From Octopus sinensis (lineage: Eukaryota), in NCBI RefSeq assembly GCF_006345805.1, contig NC_043001.1:37634001-37698000 (forward strand): DNA of 64,000 nt, read 5' to 3'. Shown piece after piece: positions 24,331 through 37,598 of the stretch. A program made the position numbers and the translations under genes. Each line of letters begins with the position of its first letter. The stretch's first letter is position 1. Under the pieces are notes generated by a model. That model saw only the letters and a program-made list of their open reading frames with translations, was not told where the DNA came from and made no database searches.

Positions 24331-26274
24331 AAAGCAACTGGTAGCCAATTTACTTTGCTGCAACCATTTAACAATCAGTAGTAGTCTATAGTAGATTATG
24401 GTAGTTAAGCAAGGCTAATTAATATTGCTCTTTACCAAAATCAAGACATAGAAGAGGACTAGGTGTTATTATGGTGGCTGGTCAGTCTGATGTGGTCAAA
24501 GAAGGCTCTTCTGGATGCCAGGCTTATATTGTTGTTTAGCCTGAAGTCAACTTTGATCAACAGACCTATGATCAAAGGAATCCCACATCATGATAGTCCT
24601 GCTTTGTTTTTTCATTAGATAAAATACACTAGAATATCCTGTAAAGTGGCAGATGAACAAGCAAACATAAAGTGTGTTCATGAGACTGCAAAGTGGCTGG
24701 TGCTATGAAGGGTGTTCAGTCAAAAAAATCGTGCCAAAAATGGGATGTACAAGCAAGACTTGATCCTCTGACCAACCTTTCAGAGCAATAACTCCAAATA
24801 AGACTAGGACCCTGACAAACTGCCCAACCTATGTCACTATGGAAAGGAGACATAAAATAATGATGATGATGATGATGATAGCACTGATTTATTCAATGTA
24901 ATTTTTTTTTTTAAACAGCTGGATGAATTTTGGTGGGAATTTGGCGGCTACGTATTTTTACTGGAGGTGAAAAAAATAGATTTGGCTCAGGATTTGTAAG
25001 ACTCATAGATCCACTTTGGCTCCACAGTTCTGCTCTTCTTGTTAGAACCTTTAATGATGTGACATGTATTAGGTGGTTATACTCAAGAGTTCCCCACACT
25101 ACTATAACTCTCCAAAGATTCCTTGCAGGCATGATTTTTATCTTTTCTCTTTTACTTGCTTTAGTCACTGGAATGCAGCCATTTTGTGACACCACTTTTA
25201 AAAATATCAGTGGCACTCTTTTTTCATACTTTATTTTTTAAGTATTTGTAAAAGTAATATCTGTAATGGTGATAATCTGCAGAACTGTGAAGAAAATAAT
25301 ACAGGTTATCATATTGATTTCTTAAACAAAACATCTGAATTACGAAAGAAGAGAACATTTAAGTTTTTCTTAAGAACTCAAGAATCATAAGTTGATCATA
25401 AGCTCAATCACAGAGCTAATACTTATCTCTAATACTGAAACTGCCTTTAGGCAAAAGGACAACTGTTGCAGAATAGATGTTTCATTGATTATTCTTTAAG
25501 TTGATATTATATTACGGGTGTCTATTTTAACAATTTTGTAAAGGATAAGATAAAAAACAATACAAAATCAACCCTAAAGGATTTAAAATCTGAATAAGGA
25601 AGAATAAAATTAGATATTGTAAAAACATTTAGTTTCTTCCCTTCCCGCACTCTATTATTTCAACCAACTCAATCCTCTAATTGCTACAAATATTGGCAGA
25701 TCACTGCCAATATTTGTGGCAATTAGAGGATGATAATTATTATCAAAATGTTACAAATCATTGTAATTAGATGAACTAGATATGATAGATGTGTTGTATG
25801 ATTGCATCAAGTGCTTTTTGCTAGTCGTATAGAAATTGAAAAGCAAAAGGTATTAAAAAAATAACAAGTGCAGAAAAAAGTGCATAGAGTGTCTATTTAT
25901 AGAAATAATGTTCAACTGAGTGTCCAGTTTAAACTGGCCATGCTGAAAATATTTACACACATACCTTTCCTTTTTATTAACGCTAGCCGTCTCCAGCCAT
26001 CTGGAAAAATGGATAGATTTCTCAATGAAAACAATTCATACCAGCCCAACATTGTAATATAATAGTTCAGCTGGGTACAACAAAGAACAGAAATAAATAG
26101 GCCCCATATTTATGTATATTTATATGCACACGTGCTTGCACACAAGCATGTGGTGTGTGCGTGTGTGTATGTTTATGCATAGATATATGCATGCACAAAT
26201 ACATATGTACATATATATATGTGTGTGTATGTACACTCATACATACACATGCACTGGCATATATGCATATACAT

Positions 26275-26372
<98 letters not shown>

Positions 26373-26589
26373 CACGCATATATCTCGGCTGTGGATCATA
26401 TATCCAAAACAGAAGCACACTCTAAAGAATAGAGTAGTAATGTATTTACATTCAGTTAAATATATGTCCAGATATAGAGTGATGAATGCTTTCACATCCA
26501 TAAAGCTTAGCGCTTTATGGATGAAAACCATTGGTCACTCTATGACCAGACTTATATTTAACTGCATGCAAATATATATATATATATAT

Positions 26590-26966
26590 AAACAATAAAT
26601 TAAATAGAGAGATATAATTGACAATCCGATAATATATTTATATCATAATATAACATAATATACTATGAATATAATATAATATAACATAAACAATTATTTA
26701 AACAACCAAAAAAGCCAACAATTTGTTTCAACTTATACACATATTTTGATATATAAACACTTCAATTCCCTTATATATTAATCACAACAGGGTAATGGTA
26801 AGAAGATAGACGAAATTCCTTGATGGCTTTTTTGGTTGTTTAAATAATTGTTTATGTTATATTATATGATATTATATTATATTATATTCATAGTATATTA
26901 TGCTATATTATGATATAAATAAATTATTGGATTGACAATTGTATCTCTCGGTTTAATTTATTGTTT
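26590..26966. repeat. AT-rich inverted repeat (about 130-bp arms)
   Basis: 26590-26717 is roughly the reverse complement of 26824-26966. Confidence 0.8.
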
Positions 26967-27204
26967 GTAATTTATATTACACCCATATTTATGTGGCAAT
27001 GAACCGACATACCCGTGAACTGGATGTTTTACACACCCCTTTGAAGGAATTCTTTTCCTATACTCCAACTGAAGAAGCAATTGGCTGCAAATGATCTGTG
27101 TATCTTGTTTTGTCCTGTTTGCTATTGTTGTGCTATCATCCTTTTCCTGCTTGCTATGTTTTGATTTCCATTTGTTGTATTTTTTACCTTTGATATATGT
27201 ATAT

Positions 27205-27259
<55 letters not shown>

Positions 27260-27279
27260 ATGTATGCATATATACATAT

Positions 27280-27322
<43 letters not shown>

Positions 27323-27399
27323 TTATGTATATATATATATATATATATATACATACATACATACATATATATATAATACATACATACATACATATATAT

Positions 27400-27432
<33 letters not shown>

Positions 27433-27436
27433 TACA

Positions 27437-27472
<36 letters not shown>

Positions 27473-27680
27473 TTTATGTATTTTATTCAATGTAAGGTTT
27501 TTCCTCGAATTTTATAATTTCTATAATTTTTATATATATATATATTTGAGATCATTTTTGTTTATCGCTCGAAAATTGACCGTTATTTCTAAAGGGCTAA
27601 TCAAACAAGTCCATTTTTAAAGGTGTAGCATTTGTAATAGTCTGGATAGAATTGACATATCAGTTCCATTCTAGCAAAAA

Positions 27681-27719
27681 CTGTCCGATGAACGGCAACG
27701 GGGAAACTCAGGGTAACAG
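27681..27719 (+). ncRNA. degenerate minimal type I hammerhead motif (U4C)
   Basis: CTGT-CCGATGA-ACGGCAACGGG-GAAA-CTCAGGG-TA-ACAG; stem I CTGT/ACAG. Confidence 0.5.
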
Positions 27720-27863
27720 GTTTTGTTGAATTTTCTGCTGCTTTAAATAAAGTATATATATATATTTATATATATATATATATAATAAGATATTAGAGAA
27801 TAAATCCAAACTTACAGGGAAAAATCAGATTTAGGATTGAATCCAATTTTATAGTAAAATATT

Positions 27864-28093
27864 ATATTATATTAAATTAGAGATAAAACCACTATTAGGA
27901 AAATCAAACAATGAAAAACTTAAGCCAATACATAAAATTAATTTATATTATTTTAAATATATATCAAAAGTATTAAAAGTTTAATAAAAGATAATGAGTA
28001 AAATAATATATATGAATTAATTTTATGTATTGGCTTAAGTTTTTCATTGTTTGATTTGCCTAATAGTGGTTTTATCTCTAATTTAATATAATA
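27864..28093. repeat. AT-rich inverted repeat (about 80-bp arms)
   Basis: AAATTAGAGATAAAACCACTATTAGG..TTAAGCCAATACATAAAATT versus its near-exact reverse complement at 28015-28093. Confidence 0.85.
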
Positions 28094-29260
28094 TATATAT
28101 ATATATATATAATTGATGAAGGAAATGGAAGATAGGTAATAGCATGGCTATATTATTTACACAATATTATAAATTTAGTGTTATAAAAGCCAATATACAA
28201 TACTGTATGGTTTCATATTGAAAATTCTTCCTAGAATGAAATAATAATTTAATACTCATCAGACATAGTTGATCAGAGAAGAATAGCTTGGCTCTAGCCC
28301 TATCCCTTGGACTGTTCTTTTAAGTCATTACCACTATGAGCCAGCTTTTTTTCCACCATTACAAATGTGAGTGTGGAAGTGGTTTTTTTCTGGAGGAGGT
28401 GTAAATGATGAGGTAAAGAGGGTGATTAAGAGAAAGAGAGATGGAGCTCTGGGGAAGAAAAATAACATTTTATGATAAGAGGGTGCAGTAGAAAGGGTAA
28501 TGAGGGAAGATGGAGAGATGAAGTGGGGGAGGGGTATAAAGTAGGAGGAGCAGGGAAAATGGGAGGGATTTCTTTTTGACTGGATGAAGAAAGAGAATGA
28601 ATATGTGGTATGTAAATATTCCCCCTTTCTCCACTTAATCAAAAAGAAACCCCTTATCTTCTCTCTCTATCTTTCTCATCTTATTTTCTCTCCTTTCAGC
28701 CATATGTATCTTCTTCACCATAAAACGCCCACCCACAAATACACGCCCACATATGTTGGCTTTAAAACACCCTTGCCCACCTCTCTCTCCCTTGTCTTCT
28801 CTATTTCACCCTTACTCCTTCATCCTTCCTCATTTACACAAACTGATAGGAGATAGTTACAACAAGGGTGCTGATCAATCTATGTGGTTGTGTAATTGTA
28901 TAACAGTTCAAAGTTGTTTATATGGAGTAACTTTACATTTAGGAGTGAAATGTACAATTTCTTGCAATTCATACCACCCCAGAGTCCCAGCAGACTCAGA
29001 GTATGGCAAGAGAGATGCACTGGAACAGTTACTCTGGCCTACAAGGCAATAACTAAAAAGACCAGTCTAAGAAATATAACTTTGATGGGGCTAAAGGTGA
29101 CCTTGCTTTTTGACTGTTTCCCCGTACTAGTTTTTGTTGTTGTTGTTTTTTGTTTTTGCAGCCTCTCTGTGACTGGTCAACCAGATGTGATATTTCAAAT
29201 CTCCAGTACCAAAGAACCTAAGCCTCTCTTTTCTGATCAGCCATGTCTGATGAATATTAA

Positions 29261-29480
29261 CCCTCCAGCATATAAACTGACCATGTTTGTCCCAATTATT
29301 CTACCTGTTTTATGTTCAAACAAGCCTGATTTAGCCTCTTGCCTCTATCCTAGAGTGTCATTCTAAAAATAAACAATAACATCATTAAAATTTCAAAGCT
29401 GTGAGGTAATGCATAATTAATTCAAAACAATGTCACTAAATAAACATTACATTTGACGGGATAATCTGAATGCTAAAAGG
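29261..29480. mobile_element. piggyBac-like MITE with TTAA target duplication
   Basis: TTAA|CCCTCCAGCAT ... ATGCTAAAAGG|TTAA. Confidence 0.7.
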
Positions 29481-29959
29481 TTAAATTATTCTTCCATTCT
29501 AAGACAGAAGTTTTTACTACAAAACCAATCAGTAACACAAATTGGCTGTTATAAGATTATAATACTATATAGATAGTACACACACACACCATTTAATAAA
29601 AACAAGATTTATAAGTGAGCTACTGCAATTGTTAGGAACAACTGCAGAATAGTACATGACACTATACAAGCCCATCTAATTACTGTACTATTTGGGTACA
29701 AAGCTTATAATAAATCCTGTGTTTATTAAATGATATTTATCTTTCACTGGATGGAGTACTTTTTTTGTTGATTTTACCAATAACAGAGTAGTAAACTATA
29801 TATATATCTATATAAATATATATTACACACACACAACCTTTACTCAAATACTTTTGTAAACATCAAAGCACAAGAGGAACAATTTTCTATACGAACAAAG
29901 CCATGACATACTTGACTAATAACCCCTACCTCACAAGTGAAAACAAGAAAATCCCTAAA

Positions 29960-30418
29960 TAACAACAAGTAAAGAAATGACCAACCAAACCTTACCACCT
30001 GCATATGTTCTTTTGCAAAAAAAAAACAGTTGAGTTACCCAATTACTAAGGGCCTAAATACTGGACCTTGACCTTTTCAGTGTCAAAGCAAAAGGATTAA
30101 ATCCACTAATACCAAAAGCAACAAAAATACTGTCACATCTTGGACCTACCTAGCAAAAGAGAAATGCCTACATACTTGTAAACAAAGTTCTACATTCAAG
30201 AATAAACTCTAAACAATAACATAACCACAAATTTAATGAATAAAAATTTCTACAAAACATCTCTCCATAACAACCAACCCTAAACGCTTAATTACCATTC
30301 CACTCAAAACCACACACCAAAGAAAGATTTTTAACTCAACAGGGACTGTATAAAGGCAAGACTAACTTTAATGTATTCTGATGATGGCTTAGCTGGCTGA
30401 AACTTCAAAGTCACTGTC
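29960..30418 (+). mobile_element. degraded PLE 3' end (GIY-YIG-like relic) ending in an HHR-like motif
   Basis: NLTTCICSFCKKKQ.. and HILDLPSKREMPTYL*TKFYI..LNN relics; CTGATGA(30378-84)-TGGCTTAGCTGGCT-GAAA-CTTCAAAG-TC. Confidence 0.5.
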
Positions 30419-31820
30419 AACAACATTCTTGTTTAAAAATAATACATACACATATATACATACATACAAACATATGTATAACAACAAAAATACGAATGGA
30501 GAAAATCATATCTTTAAAATTGGTGATTCCCCTATACAATACTGAGAATTGTTTCTGTTGTATCTAGATATTTAGATATCAAAAAATATACGTTTACACA
30601 ACGTTATCAAGGCAATCCAAAATTGATTAAATTCAAAGTGAACTAAGAAAATATCTCTAGTAGACAAAAACATAAAACAAAAATAATGTTAAGAAGAAAT
30701 ATAATATTCTAAGAAAAGCTAATTTGGTATTCAACTTTTGGTGATGTTAGTGAATAAAAGAATTAAAAAATTAATACATGAATTCTACATTGTGGCAGTT
30801 ATAAACATAGAGATTCTGTCACAATTAATTATCTATTAAATATTTTTAGAAAAATTATGCTTTTTATATTATATGAAAAGCAAATTATAATTAAGAATTG
30901 AAATATTTAAACACTTTTCTAAATTTGTGACAACATTTCAATGTAAAATTACCATCACGATTTAATAATATTTATTTAGAAGTAATTATATATTACATTT
31001 CTTCAAGGTAAAGATCTCATTTGGAATTACTAATATTGTATGATGGTGCATAACTAATAATGGACCTCTTTAAATTGTACTTAATGTTTTTATCTTTTAA
31101 ATCTCAAATGCATTTACTATGATTTGTAGAATTACATTTTCTTCTATGCATATATGAATGAAAATGATTATGAAATTTAGATTTCCAAATTGTAGCAGAC
31201 AGACCTATGTAATAATACTTATGATCTACTGCTATTACCTTGCATTGATACACTATATTCTTTCTTAAACACTGATTTTCCAAAGGACAAATATTTTGTT
31301 TTTAAAATTACACAGGCATTTATTCACTTGCATTTGGTACTCATAGTTAAAAGAATTACTACTAATCCTCCTCCCAGAATCAGGTTTCAAACAGGATTAT
31401 TATTATTAATATTAAAATTAATATTAAAACTAGGTGTTAATTTAACTGTATAATCAGAGTCAGTATTGTTTTATTAAAATCTAGGTCAGGAAAATTATCA
31501 ATAGTGTTAATTTCACAATTCACACTATTGATTCTACTCTTGTTTATAGCTTTTGGGTTGCCCTAATTCTCTGTTTATTATGTACTGCTATAATTTCAGC
31601 CAAATCATCATTATTGTATGGTAGAATCACCAATTAAAGATATGATGTTTTTCATTCATATTACTTTGGCTGCTTTTTCTACTTGCAATTGTTGGTGTCT
31701 GATAGTTTGATATAGTTAACTAAATTTATTTAATACTGAGTGCTTTATTGATATCCACCTGGATATTTTAATCCCTTTTCTTCTTATATATATATATATA
31801 TATATGCACATATATATATT

Positions 31821-33020
31821 TTGTGTCATCCTATAAATAATGCAGTTTTTTCAGTTGCATGAACTAAAAATCGGAGGGAGATGGGATAAACTACCTGCAT
31901 CAACTTGCTAAAAAGTAGGTAGTAATTTTACTTTGTTCTTATTCTTAGTGCAAATTTTGAAGAGTGTAGTTTGATTTTAACAGTTATTTTTTCAAAGCTA
32001 TAATGGAAGTGACAAAGCAATGGAAAGTGCATGGAATATTAATGCAGTATATGGGGATTGGACAATAAATGTAAGCCAGTGTCAACGGTGGTTCCAGAAA
32101 TTTCAAGCCAGAAACTACAGCCTAGATAATGAGCCTCATCCTGGAAGATCCATAGAACTCGATGAGGATGTCCTGCAAACACTGGTGGAACAAAGTCCCA
32201 TTGTAACTATTGAGGAACTATCAGATATGGATTTGGTCGTTCAACCATTCATCAACACCTCCGTGCCATTGGAAAAGTCAGCAAATTGGGTCAATGGGTT
32301 CCTCACAAACTTTCTGAGTCTAATCGCACACAGCTGTTACGTCTCATGAATGAATCTATTTTGAACCAAATAGTAACTGGTAATGAGAAATGGGTACTCT
32401 ATAAAAATGTCAAGTACTGAAGATAGTCAGTAGGGAAAGGAGAAACATTGGCACCTCAGGCTACAGAAGATCTTCACCCACAAGGTATTGTGATCTGTTT
32501 GGTGGGATAGGAAAGGTTTAGTTCACTTTGAACTTTTAAACCCAAACCAAATGATAACAAAGGAGATCTACTGCGTGCAGCTTGAGTGGCTTAAGTCAGT
32601 GCTAGAATAAAAATGACCATCTTTAGTTTCAAGACGAACGGTGTTCTTCCATCAGGATAATGCTTGGCCACATTCAGACATTCCAAAGGCTGGAGCAGTT
32701 TGAATGGGAAACGATGCCCCACCCACCATATTTGCCGGACACTGCCACATATGATTATCATTTATTCCACAGTCTTCAAAATCATTTGGATGGGAAAAAT
32801 GTGAATTCTGTAGATGAGGTCAGAACAGTACTGGAGGAGTATCTTTTGTCATAGACAACTGAATTCTGGAAGAGGGACCTTGAAAATCTACCAGATATTT
32901 GGCAGAATATTATAGAAAATGAAGGAGAGTATATTTCAGATTAAAAAAGAACTTTGTTTATCTTAATTTTGAAAAATAAAAAAAGTATAAAAAATCTGCA
33001 TTATTTATGGGATGGCCCAA
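31821..33020 (+). mobile_element. mariner transposon, internally deleted and inactivated (WVPHEL type)
   Basis: TIRs TTGTGTCATCCTATAAATAATGCAG / CTGCATTATTTATGGGATGGCCCAA flanked by TA; CQRWFQKF, WVPHKL, IVTGNEKWVLY, FHQDNA, HPPYLPDTATYDYHLFHSLQNHL. Confidence 0.92.
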
Positions 33021-33359
33021 TATATATATTACCAAAATTGTAGCATCAGTCAATCAAATTTAAAATTCTATTTTTCATAATGGCCTGTATTAAACAAGTC
33101 AGCATGCATTAAAATATGTTGGCATGCACTGGACAAACTGGCACAGCTGAACTTAGAAGTATGGCTCACAGCTGCACATGAAGTCATTTCTTGTATAGAC
33201 TGGTTCAAGTTGCTTTGATTTGTAACTCAATAAAGATGTGTCTACACTGTATGTAAACTAAATTGAGTACCAAGGGCTCAGAAGAGAACACAGACAAGGT
33301 TTTCTTGTGTGAACTGGACCAAATTCTATAAAACTACAAATATTTATCTACCACAAGGT

Positions 33360-33795
33360 CCAGTTCTTGTTGTGGCATAGTGGTTTGTATGCCTCAGTTA
33401 CTCTGAGAACTGTGCCAGTGTTAGGGCCACCCATGGTGAACAGATCGAAGGAGAGGTCAGGCTAATATGGACCACTTCTTCCAAAAGGTAGAAAAAAAAA
33501 CAGAGTTTGCATAGGGCCAACACCTCTACCCAGGAAAAAAGCAAAGTTACTGAAGCATCAATGAAAATTAAAAACCAATAAGACCTGGGAGAAGAAAGCC
33601 TTCTTTCAGGGAAACATATCTGGAACTCATAAGGAAGTCAGAAGAGAGGAAGCCTTAAAAATAATTGGAGGTAGGATACTGATTCACCTGGAGAGAAGCA
33701 GAAAATAAGTTCAGAGTCAAGAACAATGGTGAAAAGTTCTTAATAGCATATGCTCCATAGAAGGCAACGGGCTTAAGTAAAAAATGCCCAAGGAA
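33360..33795 (+). mobile_element. possible internally deleted RTE element (5' UTR-like segment fused to 3' end)
   Basis: 5' part resembles RTE leaders from memory; 3' part translates to GY*FTWREAENK..QEQW..F..ICSIEG-like RTE C-terminus. Confidence 0.4.
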
Positions 33796-36112
33796 CAAAC
33801 TGTCTTCTATAGACTGCACCAAGGAGTATGGACTCAAAGCTGAACATGAGTAGGACATTTGTGCAGTTAATATAAAAAACAGCAACATTTATATGGTTGG
33901 CTTAAAATTGCCACATCAAAGAGCATGTATTGAACATAAAACAAAATATCTTGGTCACATGGTTTGGATTGAAGTAAGGACTTGAGCAAACAAATTTACT
34001 GGTACACATTTCATATCAGCTTCTCTCTTAACTAGTTTGTGTTGGTTAAAATTACAGGTTTCTGTCAAATATACATTGCTGTTTTTGTTTAACCCAGATC
34101 AGTTCTGATCAAGTAGACTTATACTATAATCAAATCTCTTGCAAACATGACCCCCTTTTTCCCTTGTCATCAACATGACCCCCTTCCTCCCTTGTACATC
34201 AGTGACTACACTGCACAATGTGTCCTTCAATTTTTAAGATCATGGTACATAGGAGGTATGGCTGCTATTTTTAGACATTCAAACAACTGCATAGGGGTTC
34301 CCACATTAGCTCATTAAATGTAGATTAAACTTGATAGCACTTAAATATTTCAGACTACATTGTTGCAACCACACCCACATTAAAAAGTTACTGTGATAAA
34401 GTTGAAGACTCAGCATCAAATTTGTTGCTTTATCTGTTTTTCATTTCAATAAATGGATGCTTTATTGTTGTTGGTGTTGTAACTGTTTGTTTTTTAGTCT
34501 ACTCAGAAAAGGAATGACAATACACACAACTCTTTCAAAGACTTTTGAGACTGATGGGGTGAATGGAAGAAGTTACCTTGAGATTGGAAACTAGTGTCCT
34601 GAATGCTTGTAATACACTGGACTCCACGATGGGTCCAAGGAAAAGGTGATAGTATTACAGCAGATACCGAGTTAAATCCTATCACCCAAGAACAGGGATG
34701 GTTCCTCTGATAGGCTTCCATACATCTCTCTACTGAATTTAACTCACAAAGCTTTCTTTAATATGAGAAAATGACAATGACGATGACGACGATGATGAGG
34801 AGGAGGGCAGTAATGATGATAATTATAATCATGATAACAAACATGATTATGATCATTACCCTCATCAACATAATTATCCTCACCAGCATCATTATCATGT
34901 AATAATGAAATTATTGTATACAGTGCTCAGGTGCACCACAACTTGTCAAAAGTGCATATAAAGCATATGCAGTAATGTACAAATGTCTGGAAAGTGAACA
35001 GTGTATGAGTCAGATACATGCTTGCGTGTGCATGGAGGGGAGAAAATCCACATTGACACCATTATCCTAAGCAAAATCATCATTATTATCATTATTGTTG
35101 TGATTATAGTCATGTCACAAATATATTTAATTGGTTTGGAAAATTCAGGCATTTGAAGAAGATATTTATAAAAATCCAAAGATGAGAGTCCTTCTGAGAA
35201 ACAAACAGTCATATTATTTAGACTCTTCAAAAATATTCCTGAAGAGAAATATGAGGCAGAAGTGTAATTTTATTGTAGCATTGAAAAAGAACATTATAAG
35301 AAATAGTGCAGCATTATTTCAGGTTCAGGGTATTCTGGTGCGAAATCATTTTCCAAGAGTATTTTTTTAAATAGAAATTCTTAGTTTGTTCAATAGTTTG
35401 TGTCAATGAAGTAATGATAAAATTGTCAAAAGAAATCTTTCCAGATTTTCAATAGCAATTGTTTTGTTCATTTTCGTCAAACTAAATTCACTTGAATGGC
35501 TGTAGAATCAGTATCAACAAAACAAGAAGTAACAGCAACAATAACAGTAACATTAACAAACAGACTGTATAATAGCAGCAGCAGTATATGTAGTCAAAAT
35601 TACAGCCTACACAAGTTAATCTCTTATAACCATCTATCTTCCGTTTCACTGAGTTATTTACTGCATGAATACATGTAATCATTTCCTCACTTCTTAAAGT
35701 ATCTTCCTACCAGATATAGAAGTATCTGCACAGATAGGATCTTCTAATCTCTGCCAACTTTAAAATGTTTCAAATGACTGACCTCAGCTTGTGTGTTTTT
35801 ATTTGATACATTGTTTTGATAAATCTAGACTTCATTCGTTTTTCAGGTTTGGGTCCCATTGTTATGCATGTAGTATGTTTCTCTAGGTTTGTTTTGAACT
35901 CAAACATTTCAATTTGTAACTGCAGGGTTTCAGTGTCCTTAGTTTCATGCGTATACGAAAATAATCAGAGACTTGATTGACCGATACACTTTGTCAAACA
36001 GAAAACATACACACATACAATACACATGCACACACACACACATATCCATACACATACATACACACACTCTGACATGAACAAACACATACATGCACACACA
36101 CACACGCGTGCA

Positions 36113-36154
<42 letters not shown>

Positions 36155-36444
36155 TCACAAGATGTTAATAATTCGGAAAGTATTGGCTACCAGAAATAAT
36201 TCAGTCAAGTAAATACCAATATTACCCACCACCTTCCATTTTCCCACACTAATATATCTACAGCTCCCAAATTAGATAATAATATCTATAACCACATACT
36301 GGAATGAAATGTTTAGAATAAAAGATATAAAAAGAGTTGGGGTAAAAAATGCCACTGTCACCAACTCACATCATGAAAACTGTATTCCTTGAGACTCGGT
36401 CTTTAATCTCATTCTTTCTCCAGTCACTAATCTGTAATAGTTTC

Positions 36445-37050
36445 TATTCTCTTTTATTCTTTTACTTGTTTCAGTCATTTGACTGCAGCCATGCTGGAGC
36501 ACTGCCTTTAGTCGAACAAATCAACCCTAGGACTTATTCTTTGTAAGTCTAATACTTACATAGGCGCAGGAGTGGCTGTGTGGTAAGTAGCTTGCTAACC
36601 AACCACATGGTTCCGGGTTCAGTCCCACTGCGTGGCATCTTGGGCAAGTGTCTTCTGCTATAGCCCCGGGCCAACCAATGCCTTGTGAGTGGATTTGGTA
36701 GACGGAAACTGAAAGAAGCTTGTCGTATATATGTATATATATGTATATGTATGTGTGTGTGTGTTTGTGTGTCTGTGTTTGTCCCTCTAGCACTGCTTGA
36801 CAACCGATGCTGGTGTGTTTACGTCCCCGTCACTTAGCAGTTCGGCAAAAGAGACTGATAGAATAAGTCCCGGGGTTGATTTGCTCGACTAAAGGCGGTG
36901 CTCCAGCATGGCCGCAGTCAAATGATTGAAACAAGTAAAAGAGTAAATGAGTAAAAGAGTACTTATTCTATTGGTCTCTTTTTGCCGAAGTGCTAAGTTA
37001 CGGGGACATAAGTACACCAACATCAGTTGTCAAGCGATAGTGGGGGGAGA
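36445..37050 (-). mobile_element. SINE family A tail (minus), split by a nested plus-strand copy
   Basis: Tail sequence stops at 36558 and resumes at 36960. Confidence 0.8.
36561..36959 (+). mobile_element. SINE family A, full length, young
   Basis: TAGGCGCAGGAGTGGCTGTGTGGTAAG head to (TAAAAGAG)n tail; TACTTA duplicated at 36553-58 and 36960-65. Confidence 0.92.
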
Positions 37051-37182
37051 AACACAAATACCCTCCCCCCCCATATATATATAAATATATATATATACAC
37101 TTGGAAATGGATGCATGGCATTCAATTAAATAATAATAATAAACAATATATGTGTGTGTGTATGTGTATGTGTGTGTGTATG

Positions 37183-37213
<31 letters not shown>

Positions 37214-37219
<6 letters not shown>

Positions 37220-37419
37220 GAAAAAAGCAACAAGAATGGATTAAAATCTCGGTACGATCGTTTCGTACGAGGACATCTTTAATAAGCTACAAAAACTGCA
37301 GTGAATACAGATGGCTCGTACTCTGTATTCACTGCATTTTTTGTAGCTTATTAAAGATGTCCTCGTACGAAACGATCGTACCGAGATTTTAATCCATTCT
37401 TGTTGCTTTTTTCCTATTT
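37214..37419. repeat. near-perfect 98-bp-arm inverted repeat with 10-nt spacer
   Basis: 37214-37311 versus 37322-37419: 97 of 98 positions complementary by manual comparison. Confidence 0.95.
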
Positions 37420-37533
37420 GTAATCACCCCATTTGTCGTATGGTTAACACCATATAGATTTCCGGTGCATCCTAGTTAAGGACCATATTCATGTGAATTC
37501 TTTAGAATTCACTAGAATCTCAATTACTTAACC

Positions 37534-37593
<60 letters not shown>

Positions 37594-37598
<5 letters not shown>

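Noticed and set aside
24911-25241. Overlapping 101-103 aa ORFs in unique sequence with splice-acceptor-like ends
   Set aside because: No recognisable homology; candidate exon frames on both strands hit stops.
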